The notes under the pieces were generated by a model. That model searched no databases. It was not told where the DNA came from and worked only from the letters and a program-made list of their open reading frames with translations. A stretch of 64,000 bases of DNA, taken from assembly GCA_965223795.1 (NCBI GenBank), contig CBDCXL010000001.1, forward strand, positions 128,001-192,000. Reading direction: 5' to 3'. Made by a program: the position numbers and the translations under genes. Shown piece by piece: positions 56,646 to 64,000 of the stretch. Each line of letters opens with the position of its first letter. The stretch's first letter is position 1. The stretch comes from Nitrospinales bacterium (GTDB taxonomy: Bacteria > Nitrospinota > Nitrospinia > Nitrospinales > VA-1).

Positions 56646-57194
56646 ATGAAAAGTCAGGATTGCATATTGTTCAGCGGCGGCGTCAAGGGAGCGGAGGCGG
56701 AATTCGGCCGGCAGGCGGAAGCGTCCGGCGTGCAGGAGGTCAACTTCACCTTTGACGGACACAAAACGGAGCGGACCCGCGGCATCCGCTATCTGACTTC
56801 GGAAGAACTCATCAAGGGCGACGTCAGCCTGGCCTATGTTTCCAAGATCATGAACCGCAACTACAGCACGGGACCGCTGTTCCGCAAGGTGCTGCAGAGC
56901 ATCTGGCACCAGATCAACAGCGCCGAGGAAGTGTTCGTGATCGGCAAGATTCTCGACGACAAGACCGTGAAGGGGGGAACGGGCTGGGGAGCGGAGTTCG
57001 CCAAGATCTGCAACAAGCCCCTGTACGTGTTCGACCAGGAAGAGAACGGCTGGTTCCAGTGGAAAAACGAAAAGTGGGAAAAAGTCAACGCCGCGAAAAT
57101 CAGCAGGAATCACATCGCAGGAACCGGCACGCGGTTTCTCAATGAAAGCGGCAAGGCCGCGATCCGGGATCTGTTCCAATCCTCCTTCGACTAG
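56646..57194 (+). CDS. Conserved hypothetical protein, SLOG-like Rossmannoid fold
   Basis: LFSGG..GAE..F, KGGTGW, KPLYVFDQ, AGTGTR; GGAGGAG RBS. Confidence 0.7.
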   Translation: MKSQDCILFSGGVKGAEAEFGRQAEASGVQEVNFTFDGHKTERTRGIRYLTSEELIKGDVSLAYVSKIMNRNYSTGPLFRKVLQSIWHQINSAEEVFVIGKILDDKTVKGGTGWGAEFAKICNKPLYVFDQEENGWFQWKNEKWEKVNAAKISRNHIAGTGTRFLNESGKAAIRDLFQSSFD

Positions 57195-57195
57195 C

Positions 57196-58394
57196 ATGAC
57201 CGCTCCACAAATCCGGGCCGTTTATTTCGACTGCTTCTCGGGGATCAGCGGGGACATGATCCTGGGAGCGCTGGTCGATCTCGGCGCGGACCTCGACACC
57301 CTGCGCGAGGGGCTGGCCACGCTCGATCTTTCCGGCTACACAATCAAAAGCCGCCGCGTGAAAAAGAACGGCGTTTCCGCGGCCAAGATCGACGTGGCGG
57401 TGACCGCCGGTAAAAAACAGCCCGCCCGCAAGCTCAAGGACATCGAAAAACTGATCCGCACCTCGAAGCTGCCGAAAGCGGTGCGCGACACAACGATCCG
57501 GATTTTCGAGCGGCTGGCCCGCGCCGAGGCGAAGGTGCACCGCTCGACGGTGGACAAGGTGCATTTTCACGAAGTGGGCGCGGTCGATTCTATCGTGGAT
57601 GTAGTAGGCGGGGTTTATGCGCTGCACCTGCTCAACGTGGAGCGCGTGTTCGCCTCACCGCTCAACGTGGGCGAGGGGTTCGTCGACTGCGAGCACGGCA
57701 CGCTGCCGGTTCCCGCACCGGCGACGCTGGAGCTGCTCAGGGGCGTGCCCTGTTTTTCCAGCGGAGTCCAGCAGGAGCTGACCACGCCCACGGGCGCGGC
57801 GATGATCGGCCACTGGGCGGAGGGGTTTGGATCGCTGCCGGAGATGACGGTGCTGGCCACCGGCTGTGGCGCGGGCGACCACGACGTTCCCGAAACGCCC
57901 AACCTGCTGCGCGCGGTGCTGGGCGAGATGCCGGGGAAGGGCAGGGCCGACACGGTGTGGGAGGTGGCGACCAACATCGACGACATGAACCCGGAGTTCT
58001 ACGAGCACGTGATGGATTCGCTGTTCAAGGTGGGCGCGCTGGATGTGTGGATGACGCCCATCGTCATGAAAAAGGGGCGGCCGGCGGTGACGCTTTCGGC
58101 GCTGGTCCCGGAGAAGAAACGCGAGGCGGTGACGCGGAAGTGCTGCTGGCCGAAACCTCGACCTTCGGCGTGCGCTGGCACGCGGTGCAGCGGGCGACGC
58201 TTAAGCGCGAGCTGCGGACGCTGGACACGCCCCACGGCCCGGTGCGGCTGAAGGTGGGCACGCAGCCCGACGGAACGCTAAAAATTGCGCCGGAATACGA
58301 GGACTGCAAAAAGATCGCGCGCAAGGAAAAACGTCCGGTGCAGACGGTCTATCAGGAAATAATGCAGCTTGTGGTAAAAAAATGGGAGGCATGA
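57196..58394 (+). pseudogene. larC: Nickel insertion protein LarC interrupted by a frameshift near 58133-58136 (possible sequencing error)
   Basis: YFDCFSGISGDM, HFHEVGAVDS, PVPAPAT, TPTGAA, TNIDD, MKKGRP in one frame; ETSTFGVR and PEYEDC in the -1 frame. Confidence 0.85.
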
Positions 58395-58458
58395 TCAGGA
58401 CCCGCCAGCGAGCAGCATTGACAGGTGCAGGTTCGATTCGATACTTTTTATTTCCTCA

Positions 58459-60252
58459 TCAACATTTTGTGAACACCGCCTTTTTGTCAGGCCCTCTCGA
58501 TTTCAGGCATTGACCGTCTGATCCCACCCCGAATCCCATATTGTACTCGTCCGGCCGGATCACGCTGACGGATCCCGCTTTGTTGCGGTACACGTTGCCC
58601 CAGCGCTGCACGTTGGCCAGCGCGTTGGCGCTGAGACCGAGGACCGGTGCGATGTTCACGGAGGACGGTTGCGGATGCTCGTTGCCCCAGTAGTTCACGA
58701 TGGCGCCCGCCGTGTACACGTAGGTGATCGCGTCGCAGTTGTTTGAGGGCAGGGCGTTGAACTCGTTCGCCCAGATGTTGAACGGCCCCTTGGTGCCGAG
58801 CTGGATGGTTTCGCAGTCCGCCGGATCCGGCGTCATGTGGATGCGGTTGTCGTACATGTTGACGGTGTAGCCGACGCCGGAGAAACCCAGCGGGCCGATC
58901 CGGACAAAACGGCCGCTCTGTTCCTGCAAAACTCCGGAAATGGTGATGATGTCGTTGGGATTCGAGATCCAGAAGCCGATGATGTTGCGGTACACGGCCG
59001 CATGGGTGACGCGGAAGGAACCGCCGTTTCCCGCCTGGCCGCCGCCGGTGCCGAGCGCGGTGGTCACGCAGTAGGGGCCTGCTTTGGTTTCGTCGCCGTT
59101 CCTCCAGTCGAACGCATCGTAATGCGCCTTGTTGCCCGAGCAATGGATGTTTTCGATCAGGTGCCATTTGGACTGGCTGTGTTCGAGGGAAATGGCGGCG
59201 ATCCGGTAGTTGGAGCACTCCACGTCGACGAAATGGTGCAGGCCGTTGTTGGCGTCCGGGCCCGATCCGGCGGGCGACAGGGAGCCGCCGACGGTGTTGC
59301 CGTCGATGGTTTTCCAGCATTTTTCGAGGAACCCTTCTTCCCCTCCGTCCATGCGGATGCGTTTGAACCGGATGCCGCGCGTGGTGTGGCCGGTCTTGGT
59401 CTCGATCTGTATGGCCGTCTGCAGATTCGTTTCGCTGGCGACGTGAAAATCGTGAAAGTGCGCGAACTTCACGCCGCGCAGGCGGATCAGCGGCCTGTCT
59501 GGCGGGCCCGCCCACAGGAACGTGCACCCGGACAACCCGCCGGGACGGTCGGAACCGAACGAAATGGGATGGCTGCCCGGCGTCGTGTCCCACCCGTCGA
59601 ACAGCAGCGTGTCGGTGATCCGGTATTTGCCGTGCTCGCAGAATATGGATGTGGAGACATTCTGGGCCACGGCCTGGTCGATCGCCGCCTGCCAGCAGGC
59701 CGTCGCGTCGGTGACGCCGTTTTTCGGGCAATCGGGCTGCAGGGTGTCTTCAAACCCCAGTGTGGCCGCGCCATCGTCGCCGGCCGCTCCGCCGAGTTTC
59801 GGGAAACCGGCCGCTCCAATGGCGAGATTGTATTCGTCAAATCCTTTGGACGTGATCACCGTGAGCAGGTGGGTGCCGTCCAGTATGGGATTGGCAACGC
59901 CGGTGAGATCGGCGATGACCTGGTTCGGCGCCGTGCTGATGACAGGAAGCTCGATGCCCGGATGGATGCCGCCGGAGCGGTTGCTGTTGTCACCCAGAAT
60001 GATCTTCGTGATGCCGTTTTCGTGAAGGAAATTGCCGTTGATGTCGATCAGGGTCCTGGCATCGTCCGCAGCGGCGTAGGTGATCAACGGTTTTTGCGGG
60101 TCTGTGTTGTTCGGTGTTTGTCCTGCATGCGCAGGAAGGACCGTCCAGGCCCATGCAGCCAGAATGATGAACAGGGATCGACCCGTGAGTGTCGTCATTA
60201 GTGAGCGGGAAGCTGCAACGCCGATGAAACGCGGCCACGATATGTGATTCAT
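58459..60252 (-). CDS. Secreted right-handed beta-helix (pectate-lyase-3/tailspike-like) protein
   Basis: Signal ending PAHA (true start may be ATG 60198); GVTDATACWQAAID...G.YRITDTL cap motif followed by beta-helix-like rungs. Confidence 0.7.
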   Translation of the reverse strand: MNHISWPRFIGVAASRSLMTTLTGRSLFIILAAWAWTVLPAHAGQTPNNTDPQKPLITYAAADDARTLIDINGNFLHENGITKIILGDNSNRSGGIHPGIELPVISTAPNQVIADLTGVANPILDGTHLLTVITSKGFDEYNLAIGAAGFPKLGGAAGDDGAATLGFEDTLQPDCPKNGVTDATACWQAAIDQAVAQNVSTSIFCEHGKYRITDTLLFDGWDTTPGSHPISFGSDRPGGLSGCTFLWAGPPDRPLIRLRGVKFAHFHDFHVASETNLQTAIQIETKTGHTTRGIRFKRIRMDGGEEGFLEKCWKTIDGNTVGGSLSPAGSGPDANNGLHHFVDVECSNYRIAAISLEHSQSKWHLIENIHCSGNKAHYDAFDWRNGDETKAGPYCVTTALGTGGGQAGNGGSFRVTHAAVYRNIIGFWISNPNDIITISGVLQEQSGRFVRIGPLGFSGVGYTVNMYDNRIHMTPDPADCETIQLGTKGPFNIWANEFNALPSNNCDAITYVYTAGAIVNYWGNEHPQPSSVNIAPVLGLSANALANVQRWGNVYRNKAGSVSVIRPDEYNMGFGVGSDGQCLKSRGPDKKAVFTKC

Positions 60253-60867
60253 GTCTATTCCTTAAGCAAGTATCTATTTCCGGATTTTGGAATGGAACGG
60301 GTAGCGGGTTGGACACACGGTCATGTGTGCGGAGCTTTTTAACTTAGAAAATAGATGTTAATAGTAAGGTCTGACTTTTTTTATTTATCGTCAACCTTCA
60401 TAGTAAGTTGATAAATATTTTCTTAAATTAATGTGATCCGCGCCCTTGTTACGGGCTGTTGCAGCGGCAAGCTTTTGCAATCCAGTGAGTTGTGTGTATC
60501 GGAACAATTCGGGTGGAGCCGATATCATATGCGCACTGTCTTGTCCTTCCTGTGGGTTCCTGTTTTCCCAATAAGGACCGATTCCCAATCGACTGAAGCA
60601 CATTCACTCTCCTGTCATGGTTTGTTCGATAGTGGAATCATGATTCGAATGATTTTCATTTTTTCGGGTCTGGTTTACTGTATGCCCAATTCAAGAAGCA
60701 GATTTCGCAGTCAAAGATCTTTTCCGCTTTTCTCCTTAAAAAAGCTGTGAGAAGGCTTGGTTTTGTTGAAGCCGGTGAGTTGGGGGGATGCGATTGCCGG
60801 ACTCCGATGGAGTCAAACCTTCTCCGCCTTTTTATCCTTTTTCTCCTCGAAATTACGGGATTTCCCT

Positions 60868-61101
60868 TCAGGTCTTCTTTTTCATTTGCCCAGGGGCGGG
60901 TGCGCCGTATTGTGCGGTGAACTCCTTGAATACGGCATCCAGCTCGCCGCTGTCGGCGATGCGGTCGAGGTTTTTCAGCAGGATGGTGAGGCAGTCGTTG
61001 TTGCTGAAGTGATAGGACGCGTTCAGTTTGCGCAGATTCTGATAGGCGGTTTCGGATAGTGCGGCCTGGAATCGTTTGGGAAGCGGAAACCGTTTTTTCA
61101 T
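60868..61101 (-). CDS. Small hypothetical protein (77 aa), possibly ribbon-helix-helix-like
   Basis: RFQAALSETAYQNLRKL strand-helix pattern; last gene of a co-oriented run. Confidence 0.6.
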   Translation of the reverse strand: MKKRFPLPKRFQAALSETAYQNLRKLNASYHFSNNDCLTILLKNLDRIADSGELDAVFKEFTAQYGAPAPGQMKKKT

Positions 61102-61170
61102 GCGGTCAGGTCGCGGACGTGTGGGCGACCGATGGGGAGCGGGATCTCTCCCTGGCATCGGCGGGGAAGC

Positions 61171-61446
61171 TCAGAGGCCGTGCTTTTTCAACTCGTCCTC
61201 GTAGTGCCTCTGGTACAGCACTTCCCATTCGGGTGTGCCCTCGCGCAGGTTTTTGGAGTAGGAGTTTACAATCCTGCGGGCTTCGTCGTCGGCCCTGTCG
61301 TCGATTTTCAGGATATCGGTCATCACGCGGGCGATTTCCAGGCGGATGTCGTTGAGATCCTCTTTGTAGTCCAGTTCTTCCCGCTTCTCGAAATCCCTCA
61401 CGAGCAGACTGCTGATGTGGTTGATTTTTTCCCGGCTGATTTTCAT
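61171..61446 (-). CDS. DUF507-family protein
   Basis: MKISREKINHIS...DD.AR..V.S......EGTPEW.VLY..HY..EL.K.G. Confidence 0.8.
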   Translation of the reverse strand: MKISREKINHISSLLVRDFEKREELDYKEDLNDIRLEIARVMTDILKIDDRADDEARRIVNSYSKNLREGTPEWEVLYQRHYEDELKKHGL

Positions 61447-61459
61447 GGCAGATCCTGAC

Positions 61460-61741
61460 TTATAAGATGAGGCCGCGTTCGCGCACGAGCTTGGATTTGA
61501 CCAGCTGGAACGCGCGCCCGAAATCCATCATGTTGCGTTCGTAATCTTTGGTTTTGGATTCGAGCAGCATCTTGACTTCTTCATTGAGCCTGTCTTCCAC
61601 CATCAGGTCTTCGATGATGATGTGGTTGACGATGGCCTCCAGTTTTTCAGGCCGGTCCTCCCAGACCAGCATTTCTTTTTTGATCAGCGTCTGGACAATT
61701 TCCTTTGCCATGTGATCGACGAGTTCTTTTCTTATTCTCAT
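61460..61741 (-). CDS. DUF507-family protein
   Basis: EDL.VEDRLNEEV...F.LVK.KL.RERGLIL. Confidence 0.82.
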   Translation of the reverse strand: MRIRKELVDHMAKEIVQTLIKKEMLVWEDRPEKLEAIVNHIIIEDLMVEDRLNEEVKMLLESKTKDYERNMMDFGRAFQLVKSKLVRERGLIL

Positions 61742-61807
61742 GAATTCTTTCTGGTTTGGTTTTAGGTTCCGTTTGGCCTTCCGCTTCGGAGAGCCCGCGG
61801 GAAACAG

Positions 61808-61880
61808 AGCGGGAGACGGGGTTCGAACCCGCGACATTCAGCTTGGGAAGCTGACACTCTACCAACTGAGCTACTCCCGC
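61808..61880 (-). tRNA. tRNA-Gly(CCC), CCA not encoded
   Basis: GCGGGAG/CTCCCGC acceptor stem, TCAGC-TTCCCAA-GCTGA anticodon arm, GGTTCGAACCC T-arm, discriminator T followed by CTG. Confidence 0.95.
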
Positions 61881-61905
61881 AGGTTGTGTGAGGATGCGGC
61901 GGCTT

Positions 61906-62094
61906 TCAACCGTCCCGGTCACCCAGGATCAGGATCAGGTTGTCTCCCGTGACGTGGATGTCGAGGATCCGGATCTTTTTTTCGTGGATTTCGGCGATGG
62001 CCCGATTGACCATGGTTTCTATGGCTTCCGCGTTTTCCTCCATGATGTTGATCACCTTCACTCCGGAAATTTTCTGCCCAGAATCCAGTCCCAT
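61906..62094 (-). CDS. Small hypothetical protein (62 aa)
   Basis: GAGG RBS; beta-alpha-beta-beta pattern. Confidence 0.65.
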   Translation of the reverse strand: MGLDSGQKISGVKVINIMEENAEAIETMVNRAIAEIHEKKIRILDIHVTGDNLILILGDRDG

Positions 62095-62537
62095 TGCGCC
62101 TCTTGATCGCCCGCGTCGAACATCGAAACATCCTCTTATTGGTTAAAAATCCCCTTGATATATAAAGAGAAACGGATGTCGGAACGGCATATTCTTAAAT
62201 TTTTGCCATTATCCGATATTTGTGGGGAGTAATCAATTATTATGTTGGACACAAATCGACCGTTGCGTGCGGTGCTTCACAACGTCCGCAAGAAAGCGTC
62301 TGCCAGGTGTCGCGCGAAGCGCATCCGGCGTCCGGCCGCGCTGCATACCGGGGCCCGCGAATGTTATTGAATTCGCGGACGGGTTTCATGTAGTATGGTT
62401 TCACTGAGCATTCAGACTTTAAGCCATTGAAACGTATAAGTTTGTTCAATGGATCGAAGCGAAGGCGCCGCAACCGGATTTGCGCGGCAAAACCTTTGCG
62501 ATCATCCGGTAACCGGCCTTAACCCGAGCTTACGCCT

Positions 62538-63425
62538 GTGGTCCGACCCGTCAATTTCACTGAAAAGATCCCGATCAGCCACCATCTGATCGAACTGCGC
62601 GACCGGTTCGTCGTCGTGGCGATCGTGGTGGCGTTTTTCTTCGGCCTCAGTTTTTTGCTCATCGACTTTCTGCTGCTCTGGCTGGAAGACCCGCTGCCGC
62701 GCCAGTTCGCCGAACTGACCTTCATCACTCCCACGGAACCTTTTTTCACTTCCATGAAGGTCTCCTTCATGAGTTCGCTGTTCATCTCCATGCCGGTGAT
62801 CCTGTATCACGTCTGGGGCTTCATCTCGCCCGGACTGAAGGTGAAGGAGAAAAAGATCACCGCCATGTTCGTCGGCTTCGGCACGTTCTTTTTCCTCATG
62901 GGCGGGGTGTTCTGTTATTTCCTGGTGCTGCCGCTGGGGCTCAAGTTTCTGCTGAACTGGGGCGTGCAATGGTGGAAGATGCAGGTGACGATCGGGTTTT
63001 ATTTTTCCTTCGTCGTCAAGCTCATGCTGGCGTTCGCGTTCGCGTTCCAGACGCCGCTGCTGATGGTGCTGCTCACCAAGTTCGGCGTCGCCAACACGGT
63101 GAAGATGCGCATGTACCGCAAATGGGCGTTTCTCGGCATGTTCGCCATGGCCGCGGTGCTCACGCCACCGGACATCATCACCCAGGTCCTGCTCGCGGTG
63201 CCGCTCTACTGCCTGTATGAATTCGGCGTCGTCGTCTCCACGTTCTTCGAGGACCCCAAAAACCGCGCCGCCGTGTACCAGCAGATGCGCGAGCAGGAAG
63301 CCGCCAAGAAAGCCGCGCGCGAAGCCGCCTACCGGGCGAAGCAGGAAGAATCGACCGGCAAGAAGGTCACCCGCAAGGTGGTGAAAAAAGTCGTGCGCAA
63401 AGTGAAGAAGGACCCCGCCCGCTAA
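62538..63425 (+). CDS. tatC: Twin-arginine translocase subunit TatC
   Basis: HLIELRDR, PTEPF, WGFISPGL...EK, FQTP, AAVLTPPD, PLY.LYE; Lys/Arg-rich tail. Confidence 0.96.
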   Translation: MVRPVNFTEKIPISHHLIELRDRFVVVAIVVAFFFGLSFLLIDFLLLWLEDPLPRQFAELTFITPTEPFFTSMKVSFMSSLFISMPVILYHVWGFISPGLKVKEKKITAMFVGFGTFFFLMGGVFCYFLVLPLGLKFLLNWGVQWWKMQVTIGFYFSFVVKLMLAFAFAFQTPLLMVLLTKFGVANTVKMRMYRKWAFLGMFAMAAVLTPPDIITQVLLAVPLYCLYEFGVVVSTFFEDPKNRAAVYQQMREQEAAKKAAREAAYRAKQEESTGKKVTRKVVKKVVRKVKKDPAR

Positions 63426-63488
63426 GAGTGACCTGAATCGCGCGGCAGAGTGTGAACCTGCTTCATTTCTAAAACAGCAACCCCACCT

Positions 63489-63999
63489 TTAAAACAAAAA
63501 CACAACCAGTGTGATCAGTCGCGGGTAGACGGTCGCGACGAGGTGGCCCGCCAGCGCGCAGCAGGCGTGGAAGACCCAGGAGGCGTACAGGGTTCCCGTG
63601 GCGCGGAACAGAAACGCCGTGATCCCGCCCAGCAGGAACAGGCCGAGACTCAGTTTGAACTGCGCCAGCGTGAACAGAACGGCGACGGCGTACACCATGA
63701 GCACCGGGTTGAAGCGGCGCGACAGCCCCTGCAGTACGAAGCCGTTGAAAAACGCCTGCTGGATGAGCGGCGCGATCAGCACCGAGACGGCGAGCGCGAG
63801 CCAGCCCGTATGCGGCAGGTCCCGTGCGGCTGCGGCGCGTTCGGCGTTTTTGAAAAGCTCGTGCTCGGCCAGCCCCGAAAGGGCGATCATGGTGTCGAGA
63901 GCGGGGAGCGTGAGCAGCACGCCCACCCCCAGAACCCCGCCGATCGTCAGGTGATTCAACAGGTGCTCTCTGGAAAAACCCAGCTGCCGCCAATCGATT
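63489..63999 (-). CDS. CPBP (Abi/CAAX) family membrane protein, degenerate; 5'-truncated by the window edge
   Basis: Frame open to the edge (IDWRQLGF...); APLIQQAFFNG, F.LAQ, TGTL.AS..FH. Confidence 0.75.
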   Translation of the reverse strand, partial: IDWRQLGFSREHLLNHLTIGGVLGVGVLLTLPALDTMIALSGLAEHELFKNAERAAAARDLPHTGWLALAVSVLIAPLIQQAFFNGFVLQGLSRRFNPVLMVYAVAVLFTLAQFKLSLGLFLLGGITAFLFRATGTLYASWVFHACCALAGHLVATVYPRLITLVVFLF

Positions 64000-64000
64000 T

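Noticed and set aside
58068..58074. G-AAA-AAG as a programmed -1 frameshift site in larC
   Set aside because: Shifting here would destroy the conserved MKKGRP..L segment; the break must be about 60 bp downstream.
58426..58440. GGTTCGATTC as a tRNA-derived att remnant
   Set aside because: Too short, and it does not match either tRNA in the window.

Overview
High-GC bacterial chromosomal segment. Gene content (split b6-type cytochrome b with a multiheme c subunit, mitochondrial-type aconitase, several LRR and FGE-fold proteins) is what I would expect of a Nitrospina-like (Nitrospinota) nitrite oxidiser; this is inference only. Most of the window is housekeeping: the 3' part of a cytochrome bc operon with an octaheme cytochrome c, metF, pgk, rne, ftsEX-envC-ctpA, tsaD, gdhA, gpsA, larB/larC, aconitase, bfd with a near-perfect Fur box, tatC, tRNA-Met(CAT) and tRNA-Gly(CCC). 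The most striking accessory locus is a three-gene minus-strand operon at 8.5-11.1 kb: a small secreted HfaA-like protein, a CsgG/HfaB-family lipoprotein, and a secreted protein built from eight ~47-aa Asn-ladder repeats. It looks like a holdfast-anchor (hfaABD)/curli-type amyloid or beta-solenoid fibre export system. Other notable items: a detached DNIPI mini-subunit coupled to a membrane-anchored, apparently dead Mrr-type nuclease after the bc genes; a family of composite palindromic repeats with nested miniature insertions at three convergent gene junctions; an unannotated SH3b-like ORF in frame behind the stop of an M48 peptidase; a frameshift in larC; and several pseudo-enzymes. No CRISPR array, integrase or transposase was seen. 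All family calls come from motifs recognised by eye; no database searches were run.
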